From: Planctomycetota bacterium
GTDB taxonomy: Bacteria; Planctomycetota; UBA1135
Direction: 5' to 3'
NCBI GenBank assembly: GCA_024229395.1
Contig: JAAESM010000002.1
Location: 27,682-91,681, forward strand
DNA: 64,000 nucleotides
Position numbers and translations under genes: made by a program. Of this stretch, positions 56,347 to 64,000 are shown piece by piece. The notes under the pieces were generated by a model. That model saw nothing but the letters and a program-made list of their open reading frames with translations, ran no database searches and was not told the DNA's origin. Every line of letters begins with the position of its first letter. The stretch's first letter is position 1.

Positions 56347-57231
56347 ATGCTTTCAACCCTTCTAAAAATCTGCGGTACCGTTGTAATTAGCGGAACCCTA
56401 AGCGCTGCTTCCATTTCCCTTAGCAGCGCCTCACCCGCCCTGGATGGCAACCAATCAACGGTTGCCCTGAACAGTGCGGTTTCTGTTGTTTTTGTTGGCA
56501 TCGAGGGCGACTACAAAGCCACCTCTGCCGATGAGCTTGCAACCTGGCTGCTCGAAGAGAAGAAGATCGTCGTGGTCGGCGAATCGATTCGAGCCATGAA
56601 CGATGCCGATCGCCGTGTATGGGCGATCCAGTCGGAAAACAGCAAGAAGATGCTGAAGGGCTTGAAGTCCGGCTTGAAGAAGCAAGGTTTCAAAGCAACG
56701 GCACTCGTAGCAACGGCACTCTCTCCACTGCAAGAGGATTCGCGCGCCATGAAGTCGGCGATGCGCGACGTGGAGTCGAAAGAGAAGAAGATTTGGACCT
56801 TCGCAGGTGGCAGTCGCGGGCAGGCCTTATGGGCCTTTCACGAGAGCCGTTTCAAGTCGAAAGACGTAGAAGTCCTGTTCCGGAAGACCAAGTCCAAGAT
56901 GAGCTTCTTCCACACCGAATATTGCTTCAACTCCAAGATGATTGCCGAGCTCGAAGGTGGTGTGCCTGCGGAAGTCAGCCTCGACGTCGAAGAGATCACC
57001 AAGACCGCTGAGGCTTCTTTAGATTGCCTCAAGGTCAGCACCCGCGACGGTGGCCTTGTGATGGACCTCTACATGCGCGATGTCGAAAGCATGTTGTTGC
57101 TGAAGTCCTCCAACGGCCGTCATCAGTTCTTCTGCCCCAACGTACAGAAGACTTCGATTGAGCGTCTGCAGGTTCCTGAGTTGAACTGGACTGTCACGGT
57201 GGAAGACCCTGGCATGCCTTTCGACAAGTAA
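56347..57231 (+). CDS. Secreted hypothetical protein
   Basis: 294-aa ORF with a signal-like N-terminus; no family recognised. Confidence 0.7.
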   Translation: MLSTLLKICGTVVISGTLSAASISLSSASPALDGNQSTVALNSAVSVVFVGIEGDYKATSADELATWLLEEKKIVVVGESIRAMNDADRRVWAIQSENSKKMLKGLKSGLKKQGFKATALVATALSPLQEDSRAMKSAMRDVESKEKKIWTFAGGSRGQALWAFHESRFKSKDVEVLFRKTKSKMSFFHTEYCFNSKMIAELEGGVPAEVSLDVEEITKTAEASLDCLKVSTRDGGLVMDLYMRDVESMLLLKSSNGRHQFFCPNVQKTSIERLQVPELNWTVTVEDPGMPFDK

Positions 57232-57272
57232 TCGGGAATTTCGCTAGATTCCGCAAAAAGTAGGCTAACGCG

Positions 57273-57413
57273 CCTGCTTGAGGTGGGTAAATAAGGGCGT
57301 GAACGACAGTACACGCCCAGTATCAGAACGCAGCGGTTCCGGACCTTTGCCCGGTTCTCTGCCCGTCCTCTCCGCATGAACTGAGTCTAGACACAAGGTC
57401 TAGGCCTTTTTTT
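57273..57413 (+). ncRNA. Candidate structured small RNA (unknown family)
   Basis: TAGGCT -10 at 57261; nested helices forming a three-way junction; terminator hairpin plus T7 at 57385-57413. Confidence 0.4.
57385..57413 (+). terminator. Intrinsic terminator
   Basis: GTCTAGAC-acaag-GTCTAGGC then CTTTTTTT. Confidence 0.75.
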
Positions 57414-57428
57414 AATTCTACTCAGCCA

Positions 57429-57457
57429 CAGTTGACCCGATTCGACCGGGTCAACTG
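57429..57457. terminator. Inverted repeat, possible 3' hairpin of the aminotransferase mRNA
   Basis: CAGTTGACCCG-attcgac-CGGGTCAACTG, 11-bp perfect arms, just past the minus-strand stop; no U-tract. Confidence 0.5.
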
Positions 57458-57471
57458 CAGAGTATCAAGTT

Positions 57472-58695
57472 TCAGGTCAGCTTCGCCAAGCGAGCTGCAA
57501 TGCGCTTCATGCATGCGCGCAGAACTTCTTCCGACGTTGCGAAGGAAATCCGGAAGGCTTCCGGTGCACCAAAGGCGCTGCCACCAATGGTCGCAACTTG
57601 ATCGGCCTCCAACAGGAGTTCCACCAAGTCGTCGCCGCTTTCTACCTTGCGACCGGTATCAGGGCAGGTCTTGCCAAGGAAGGAGCGCACACCGGCAAAA
57701 GCGTAGAAGGCACCACTTGGGTTCGGGCAATCCACGCCTGGCATTTCGCTAAGTGCATCGACCACGATCTTGCAACGCGCTTCGAATGCCTGGCGCATCT
57801 CTTCGCGTTCGACGTCGGCGTTTTCGATGGCAGCGAGCGATGCGTACATCGAGATCGCGTTCGGTGAACCAGCCAACTGGCTTTGCACCTTGGCAATCGA
57901 CTTGGCAAGGTCCATGGGGCCAGCCAAGAAACCCATGCGCCAGCCGGTCATGGCATAAGCCTTGCTCATGCCGCCGATCCAGACGCTGGTGTCCTGCAGT
58001 TCCGGTACCAACTGCAATGGGGAGTAATGCTTGGCGCCACCGTAGGTCAGCGTGGAGTAGATCTCATCGCTGATGATGCGCACGCCTTTGTCGGCGGCCC
58101 ATTCTCCGATCTCACGCAGCAGCTGCTCCGGGAACACCATGCCAGTGGGATTGCATGGACTATTGAGCATGAGTGCTGCGGTGCGTTCATCGCGTGCGGC
58201 TTCCAGGTCCTCAACGCGCGGCAACAAGGAAGCGCCACAATCCACGACACGGGGTTCACCTTCCGCCAACTTGACCATCTCGGGATAAGAAGTCCAGCAG
58301 GGTGTAGGCACAAGAACGTTGTCGCCGGATTCGACCATCACCATCAAGGCTTGCGCAATGCCGATCTTGGCGCCATTGGTGATCACGATCTGCTTCGGGT
58401 CGTAGCTAATGCCAAGCTCACGCTCGACTTGTGCGGCGACGGCTTTGCGTAGTTCCATCATTCCGGCAGCGGCGGTGTAACGCCCACGACCTTCATGAAT
58501 GGCTTTAATGGCGGCATCTTCAACGCATTTCGGCGGCGAAAAATCTGGTTCACCGGCTGTAAGGTCGAGAATCTCGATACCCTGGGCCTGGAGATCCTTC
58601 ACACGGGCGGTCATCGCTAGGGTTGCCGAGGGCGCCAGCGAGGTCGCACGTTCTGCGAAGGGAAGAAGAGTGACAGGGGGCTGTGACGGGCTCAT
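57472..58695 (-). CDS. PLP-dependent aminotransferase class I/II (aspartate aminotransferase-like)
   Basis: AGEPDF, NSP.NPTG, SDEIY, SKAYAMTGWR.G. Confidence 0.95.
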   Translation of the reverse strand: MSPSQPPVTLLPFAERATSLAPSATLAMTARVKDLQAQGIEILDLTAGEPDFSPPKCVEDAAIKAIHEGRGRYTAAAGMMELRKAVAAQVERELGISYDPKQIVITNGAKIGIAQALMVMVESGDNVLVPTPCWTSYPEMVKLAEGEPRVVDCGASLLPRVEDLEAARDERTAALMLNSPCNPTGMVFPEQLLREIGEWAADKGVRIISDEIYSTLTYGGAKHYSPLQLVPELQDTSVWIGGMSKAYAMTGWRMGFLAGPMDLAKSIAKVQSQLAGSPNAISMYASLAAIENADVEREEMRQAFEARCKIVVDALSEMPGVDCPNPSGAFYAFAGVRSFLGKTCPDTGRKVESGDDLVELLLEADQVATIGGSAFGAPEAFRISFATSEEVLRACMKRIAARLAKLT

Positions 58696-58753
58696 GTTTG
58701 TCCTCCGATAGGGGAGGGAATTCTACGCTCACGACGTCACAATAGGTCTACCT

Positions 58754-60799
58754 ATGTCGGAATACGGTTTCACTTCTCGGCTGCGCGATTTCTTCACCAG
58801 CCGCCGCTTCGTCTGGATCCTGACCATCGTTCTCGCGGTGTTCCTGGTCCTGTACATGCTGTTCGTCACGATTTTCTTCAATCCCTTTGAAGCGAAGTTG
58901 GATGACACGGCCACCATCGTGCCTTCCCAGGTCGATTACTTCGTGCGCTGGCGAGATGCCGGCAACCAATTCGGCGACTTCCCCGAGCCTGCGATTTGGC
59001 AGGAATTCGAGGGCAGCGATGCCTTCGCAGAGGCGTCGGAGTCGGGAGCGCTGATGGACATCGGTGCATCGACCGGCATCACTGGGGTGCTGAATGAGAT
59101 CGGCAAGGTCAGCGAATATCTGCCGGTGGGTCTCAGCCTCAAAGATGATTTCCTCAGCGAGATCGCTATCGCGGGTAATGGCGAGTTACGTTTCGACGAC
59201 CGCTTCGAGGGCATGGTCATGATACGCGCTTCCTTCAAGGTGAAGGCCGGCGTGTCCATGTTGGGTTTCGGTTTCGTGCGCGACAAGCTGCCCGAAGGAA
59301 TCCAGATCGAAGATGTCGGTGATGGCATCTATCGCTTGCCGCAGTTCGAGCCTTTCGGTTTCCAAGATGCATATCTCGGTCGCGTGAAAGATGTGGTGAT
59401 CCTTGCAAGTCGTCAGGAGTTCTTGAACATGGCGCAAGATTTGGATGGTCGCGGTGGTCAAGATTCGCTTGCCAAGGCGTCGAACTTCCACGACAACATC
59501 AGCGCCTACCTTGGTCCGAACGAGACACCGATCGAGGTGTTCTTGCGTTGGGCCAAGATCGGTCCGCAGGTCGGGCGTTGGCCGGACCCGAACAGCGAAG
59601 GCCTCGCTTCGCGATTCCTCGGCAGCTTCTTCGATACGCAAATGTTGCGCTTCATGTCCGGTTACCTGGATCTGGAAAACCACATGAAACTGCGATTGAG
59701 TGGCGATATCGACGCCAGTTTGGGTGCTGACTTCCAGAAGGCATGGCTGCAAGGTCCGGCGCTTGGTTCGCACCGCATCAAGGAATTCGCCTCGATGACC
59801 CCGGCAACTTCTTTCGCATTCATGACTCTAGCTGGCGACCCCGGCGATGTACTGGTGCAGTCCTATGATCTGGTTGCTGGCGATCTGCGTCGCAGTCTTG
59901 ATCGTGCGGTTGCCGATAGCGGTCAATACCAAAGCATGCTGCAACTGCTGCAAGACATCGGCAAGGTCTATAAGCCAGGGCTTGCGATGATCCTGCGCAA
60001 CAACACCTTGACCACTTTGGATGCCGAATCCGCGCCGAAGCACGACGGCACTCCGGTTCCATTGTTCGCGATCGTCGGCAAGGTCGATGATCCAGCTGCA
60101 TTGGATCGTGTGCAGAATTTCTTCGAAGTGAACTGGGCGGCCTTCACCGGCAATCAAGGTGATGAGACTATTCAGCGCTTGAGTAACATTGGTGGTGCGG
60201 AAGGATTGAGTTTCGTGAGTACCGTGATTCCTGGCACCGGCGAGATCGCGCTATTGCATATGCGCACCTTAGATACCTTGGTGGTCACGAACTCCGGTAA
60301 CTTCGCTTATGAAATTCTCAACGTGGCATTCTTGGACCCGAAGAACTCGCGCAACAAGAGCGCAATCCTTGCCTTGCAGGATAGTTTCGACAAGGCTTTG
60401 AGCACCAGTTCAAACGGTGCACATACCTTCATCTGGATGGATCCGGGTAATGGTCGCGATTACTTCGAGGCCAGTTCCATCGGAGAGGCCGAAGATGCAT
60501 TCCGTTTGGAGCGCGAAAGTGCTTGGCGGGCTTTGCGTCCGAAAGAAGAGGCGCACCTACGCGAAGAGATGTTCGGTGGTCGCTCATCGCTGTCAGCCTC
60601 GGAAGAGAACAAGTTGCAGGCTGCCGTCGACGAGGCCTTGTTGGCTGCTGATACCGGCGCCAGCAGGCGTTTACCTGAGTTGACGGAGTTGGCGCGTGGT
60701 TCGTGGCTGCCGTCGCAGCTGATGGACTGGTTCTCGGTGGGCTTCCGGGTCAATCGACGCCACGCCGAGCTGATGATTCAGGGCGAGATTGCCGATTAG
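58754..60799 (+). CDS. Membrane-anchored hypothetical protein with a large extracytoplasmic domain
   Basis: Single N-terminal TM after RR; 681 aa; no family recognised. Confidence 0.75.
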   Translation: MSEYGFTSRLRDFFTSRRFVWILTIVLAVFLVLYMLFVTIFFNPFEAKLDDTATIVPSQVDYFVRWRDAGNQFGDFPEPAIWQEFEGSDAFAEASESGALMDIGASTGITGVLNEIGKVSEYLPVGLSLKDDFLSEIAIAGNGELRFDDRFEGMVMIRASFKVKAGVSMLGFGFVRDKLPEGIQIEDVGDGIYRLPQFEPFGFQDAYLGRVKDVVILASRQEFLNMAQDLDGRGGQDSLAKASNFHDNISAYLGPNETPIEVFLRWAKIGPQVGRWPDPNSEGLASRFLGSFFDTQMLRFMSGYLDLENHMKLRLSGDIDASLGADFQKAWLQGPALGSHRIKEFASMTPATSFAFMTLAGDPGDVLVQSYDLVAGDLRRSLDRAVADSGQYQSMLQLLQDIGKVYKPGLAMILRNNTLTTLDAESAPKHDGTPVPLFAIVGKVDDPAALDRVQNFFEVNWAAFTGNQGDETIQRLSNIGGAEGLSFVSTVIPGTGEIALLHMRTLDTLVVTNSGNFAYEILNVAFLDPKNSRNKSAILALQDSFDKALSTSSNGAHTFIWMDPGNGRDYFEASSIGEAEDAFRLERESAWRALRPKEEAHLREEMFGGRSSLSASEENKLQAAVDEALLAADTGASRRLPELTELARGSWLPSQLMDWFSVGFRVNRRHAELMIQGEIAD

Positions 60800-60813
60800 C
60801 CAGCATTTGGGGC

Positions 60814-60841
60814 TAGACGAAAGCGGGGAGCGGGCTAGAAT
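60814..60841 (+). promoter_or_regulatory. Putative sigma-70 promoter of tRNA-Leu
   Basis: TAGACG-N16-TAGAAT, 15 nt before the tRNA. Confidence 0.55.
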
Positions 60842-60856
60842 TTCCGCTCCAATCCA

Positions 60857-60945
60857 GCCGGGATGGCGGAATTGGCAGACGCGCATGGTTGAGGGCCATG
60901 TTGAGATAATACTCAGTGCAGGTTCGACCCCTGTTCCCGGCACCA
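60857..60945 (+). tRNA. tRNA-Leu (anticodon GAG)
   Basis: Acceptor stem GCCGGGA/TCCCGGC, anticodon arm CATGG-ttGAGgg-CCATG, long variable arm, GGTTCGA T-loop, encoded CCA. Confidence 0.97.
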
Positions 60946-60951
60946 AGACAC

Positions 60952-60981
60952 AACGGACTACCTTCGGGTGGTCCGTTTTTT
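60952..60981 (+). terminator. Intrinsic terminator after the tRNA
   Basis: AACGGACTACC-ttcg-GGTGGTCCGTT plus T run. Confidence 0.9.
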
Positions 60982-61081
60982 GTTCCCCCAGCTCAGCGAA
61001 TCGCGGTCCATGGCCACTGGCGCGATGGGCCGAAGTACGGTCGTGGGTGGACGTAATACGGCAGGCCGGTAAAATGATCTA

Positions 61082-62146
61082 ATGAACGGTCACGACTACG
61101 GTGCCCCAGACTCAAGCCGCGAACGGCTAGAAGCACTTTCCCACTTGGTGGGGAATACTTCCATGTTGGTATTGCGTTGCAGGGTCGAAGGTCGTGAGCT
61201 GAACATCTATGCCAAGTACGAAGCTGCGAACTTCACCGGCAGTATCAAAGACCGCATGGCGCTGCACATCCTGCGCGATGCTTATGCCAATGGGACCATT
61301 CAACCTGGCGACATGATTGTTGAGGCAACCAGCGGCAACACTGGTATTGCCTTCGCTGGAATCGGTCGTGCACTTGGTCACCCAGTGCGCATCTTGATGC
61401 CCGATTGGATGAGCCGCGAACGCGTGCAGATCATCGAGAGCCTTGGGGCTACCGTAATCCCGATTTCCAAGGCCGAAGGCGGTTTCTTGGGCAGCATCGC
61501 ATGCGCTAACGAATACGCAGCGAACAATGACAACGTGTTCCTGCCGCTGCAGTTCGAGAACGATGCGAACGTGCAGGCGCACTTCATGACCACTGGTCCC
61601 GAAATCGCCGCGCAGATGCGTGGTACAGGCGTTGAGCCGACCGGCTTCGTGGCTGGCGTCGGCACCGGCGGAACCGTGATGGGAGTGGCGCGTTATTTCC
61701 GCAGCGAGATTCCAGCAGCAACGGTGCATCCGCTAGAACCAGCAAACTCACCAACCTTGCGCACTGGTCACAAGATCGGCAGTCACCGCATTCAGGGAAT
61801 CAGCGATGAGTTCATTCCTGAGATCGTCAAGCTCGACACTCTTGATGAGATCGTCGATGTCTGGGATGGCGACGCGATCCTGATGGCGCAGAAGCTCGCA
61901 ACCCAATGTGGTTTGCCAGTCGGCATTTCTTCGGGCGGTAACTTGGTCGGCGCGATCAAGATCGCTCTGGAACAAGGCGAAGATGCTACCGTCGTCACGG
62001 TCTTCTCCGATTGCAATAAGAAGTACCTGAGCACCGACTATTGCAAAGACGAGCCTTTGCGCGATGATTACCTGACGCCGGAGGTCGAACTCCTTGGCTT
62101 CCAGGTGTTGGAGCCGGCGAGTCTGTCATGCCAAGTCCAAAGCTAA
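61082..62146 (+). CDS. PLP-dependent cysteine synthase family protein
   Basis: GSIKDR (PLP Lys), EATSGNTG, GVGTGGT, IQGI, GISSG. Confidence 0.92.
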   Translation: MNGHDYGAPDSSRERLEALSHLVGNTSMLVLRCRVEGRELNIYAKYEAANFTGSIKDRMALHILRDAYANGTIQPGDMIVEATSGNTGIAFAGIGRALGHPVRILMPDWMSRERVQIIESLGATVIPISKAEGGFLGSIACANEYAANNDNVFLPLQFENDANVQAHFMTTGPEIAAQMRGTGVEPTGFVAGVGTGGTVMGVARYFRSEIPAATVHPLEPANSPTLRTGHKIGSHRIQGISDEFIPEIVKLDTLDEIVDVWDGDAILMAQKLATQCGLPVGISSGGNLVGAIKIALEQGEDATVVTVFSDCNKKYLSTDYCKDEPLRDDYLTPEVELLGFQVLEPASLSCQVQS

Positions 62147-62994
62147 GCATCCAAACGACCACGCTGTGGGAATACTCCTCGCAGCATTATGGCAACACCG
62201 AGCAGGGCAGCTCGACCTATCGTGGGGCCACACCGTCCTATGTGATCTGGAACTTGCTGCAGCGCTACACCAAGAAAAAGGACTTGGTGGTCGATCCGTT
62301 CTGCGGCAGTGGCACGACGGTCGATGTGGCACGTGACCTTGGTCGTCGCGGTTTGGGTTATGACTTGCAGCCACATCACTCAGGCGTGTTCAAGGCCGAC
62401 GCACGTGACTTGCCATTGGAGGATGGCAAGGCTGATTTCGTCTTTATGGATCCGCCGTATGGCGACAACCTCACCTACTCGGGTCGGCCGGAATGCATTG
62501 GTGAGTTAGCCGCTACCGACCCAGCTTACTTCGAGGCTTTCGAAAAAGTCTTCGCCGAGATCGATCGCATCCTGAAGCCTGGCCGTTACATGGCGGTCTA
62601 CGTTTGCGACGTCTGGAAGAAGCAAGGTTTTGTACCGATTGCATCGATCATGAGCAACATGTTGGCGCAACGTTTCCTGCCGGTCGATCAGATCGCAGTG
62701 GTGCGCGGCAACAAGGATCTTGAGAAGGGCAACTACCACAAGGCAGCCGAAGAGGAGAACTTCTTCCTGCGTGGCTTCAACCACTTGTTGATTTTCAAGA
62801 AGCCAGAAGCCGGTGAAGTGCGTCGTGTGAGGGTTCAGCAGAAGACCGAGAATCGCGACCGCAATGATGGCGCTGGCCGCTCTGGTGATTGCGGGCGCGC
62901 CGGCGGCGGACGCCCAGACCGCTCAGGTGGCGGACGTAGTGGTGGTGGTCGGGGCAATCGCGGCGGAAACCGCAATCGCCCTGGACGTAGCTGA
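62128..62994 (+). CDS. SAM-dependent amino-methyltransferase (N4/N6-type) with an RGG-rich tail
   Basis: Motif I DPFCGSGTT, motif IV DPPY; no adjacent nuclease. Confidence 0.8.
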   Translation: MPSPKLSIQTTTLWEYSSQHYGNTEQGSSTYRGATPSYVIWNLLQRYTKKKDLVVDPFCGSGTTVDVARDLGRRGLGYDLQPHHSGVFKADARDLPLEDGKADFVFMDPPYGDNLTYSGRPECIGELAATDPAYFEAFEKVFAEIDRILKPGRYMAVYVCDVWKKQGFVPIASIMSNMLAQRFLPVDQIAVVRGNKDLEKGNYHKAAEEENFFLRGFNHLLIFKKPEAGEVRRVRVQQKTENRDRNDGAGRSGDCGRAGGGRPDRSGGGRSGGGRGNRGGNRNRPGRS

Positions 62995-63062
62995 ATCGCG
63001 GCTAGAATGGCAAAGGCGCCCAGACAAATGGAATAGTCTCATGTTTAGGCCGCTAGGGACCA

Positions 63063-63689
63063 TTGAGCCAAGATCCAAACGCGACCGGCTTTACTGCCAC
63101 AACTGATGCCCTCTCCGAGGATTCGCGTCGGAATGGGGTGCATGTGAAACTGCATTTGGACGGTCGGCCGCTGACCTTCTCCGACGTCTTCCACTATTGG
63201 CAGGAGAGTGAAGCCTTCCGCAGCGTTTGGATCGAGCTGCTCGCTTCCATTCCCTTCCAAGCTTTCCGTTGGGAGCTTCCGGCGGTCACCACCGCGCAAC
63301 TTGAGAAAGCTTTCGAATGTGCGTTGCTTGAAGATGACTCGTTGCATCGTTCCGCGAACTGCACACCGTTCGTGGGTCACTTCATCACCAGCAACACCAA
63401 AGAGGTTCTTGGCTTCCCGAACCTTGGCAGCGATGCCTTCATGATCGTGCCACGACCCGGCGCCGCGCAAGATGCATGCGCGCACCTTGCGAGCTTCTCA
63501 CGTAGTGCACCTGCACCAAAACAACATGCCTTATGGGAAGCCGTTGGCGAAGCCATGGAACAGCGTGTAGGCCCCACTCCGATCTGGCTAAGTACGGCTG
63601 GCGACGGCGTCGCTTGGCTTCATGTACGCCTTGATGATGCGCCGAAATATTACGGTCACGCTCCGTATCGCAACTTTGACGTGCGTTAG
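63063..63689 (+). CDS. Conserved hypothetical protein (DUF6940-like)
   Basis: FPNLG.DA, HLASF.R.AP, WLSTAG.GVAWLHVRLD..PKYY. Confidence 0.7.
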   Translation: MSQDPNATGFTATTDALSEDSRRNGVHVKLHLDGRPLTFSDVFHYWQESEAFRSVWIELLASIPFQAFRWELPAVTTAQLEKAFECALLEDDSLHRSANCTPFVGHFITSNTKEVLGFPNLGSDAFMIVPRPGAAQDACAHLASFSRSAPAPKQHALWEAVGEAMEQRVGPTPIWLSTAGDGVAWLHVRLDDAPKYYGHAPYRNFDVR

Positions 63690-63698
63690 GATGTCCAA

Positions 63699-64000
63699 AT
63701 GAATTTGCTCCGCCATTTGCTGAGTAGTCTGGTCGCCGTTTCCGCAGTGTCCCTTTGCAGCGTTTCGCTTTGGGCTGTGCAGGCTGGGCAGCCCCAGGAA
63801 GCCGAGCAGGATCCGGCACCACGGATGCACGTGCTCGGACAAGAGCTGATGGAGAACACCACCTCTTTTGAAGAGGCTGTGTTCAAGCTGCTCGCCGTGG
63901 AGGCAAGTGTAGAGGAGCTTGAGTGGTTGGTTTCCGTCAACACGCCGTTGACCGCTTGGGCACGATTGAACCTGGACCAGTGGCAAGAGATGTCTAACGA
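63699..64000 (+). CDS. Secreted hypothetical protein, 3' truncated by the window edge
   Basis: ATG 63699: MNLLRHLLSSLVAVSAVSLCSVSLWA.. open to the end of the window. Confidence 0.6.
   Translation, partial: MNLLRHLLSSLVAVSAVSLCSVSLWAVQAGQPQEAEQDPAPRMHVLGQELMENTTSFEEAVFKLLAVEASVEELEWLVSVNTPLTAWARLNLDQWQEMSN

Noticed and set aside
57123..57377. 84-aa minus-strand ORF over the candidate sRNA
   Set aside because: It overlaps the upstream gene antisense and has no motif; the + strand structure and terminator explain the region better
2695..62784. Many long antisense or alternate-frame ORFs (e.g. 2695-3471, 12821-13699, 29945-30862, 43274-44137)
   Set aside because: Shadow ORFs expected from GC-rich codon bias; they overlap well-supported genes and show no motifs
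62128..62994. Restriction-modification system
   Set aside because: No endonuclease or specificity subunit is adjacent
60857..64000. Genomic island integrated at tRNA-Leu
   Set aside because: No integrase, no duplicated tRNA 3' end within the window, and no obvious compositional shift; a boundary beyond the window cannot be excluded
1..64000. CRISPR array, IS elements, prophage, rRNA
   Set aside because: I found no regularly spaced repeats, transposase, integrase or phage genes, or rRNA-like sequence by eye

Overview
A gene-dense, moderately GC-rich bacterial chromosomal segment with about 55 CDS. It is probably from a Planctomycetota/PVC organism; this is inferred from a PVC-type CxxCH beta-propeller protein, Tat-exported Gfo/Idh/MocA enzymes, DUF6807/PmoA-type proteins and an FG-GAP protein. 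Housekeeping content: glnA, a nine-gene heme operon (hemA-C-D-B-L-E-N-H-Y), clpB, pdxJ, a pdxA-like gene, rsmD, nagA, manA, a pseudouridine synthase, an aminotransferase, a cysteine synthase and tRNA-Leu(GAG). I saw no CRISPR array, integrase, transposase or rRNA. The best candidates for undescribed biology are: (1) an ECF sigma / zinc-finger-TPR anti-sigma pair preceded by an apparently degenerate copy of the same pair and followed by a secreted protein and a PdxA variant with altered substrate residues (6.0-11.0 kb); (2) a tandem array of five exported LolA-fold-like proteins, four ending in an acidic-Phe tail (43.6-48.4 kb); (3) a candidate structured sRNA with its own promoter and terminator (57.27-57.41 kb); (4) an amidoligase/peptidase cluster (DedA-ATP-grasp, GCS2-CBS, M14-type deacylase); (5) an exported oxidative sugar-processing cluster with unusual fusions. 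All family calls come from motif recognition by eye; no database search was run.
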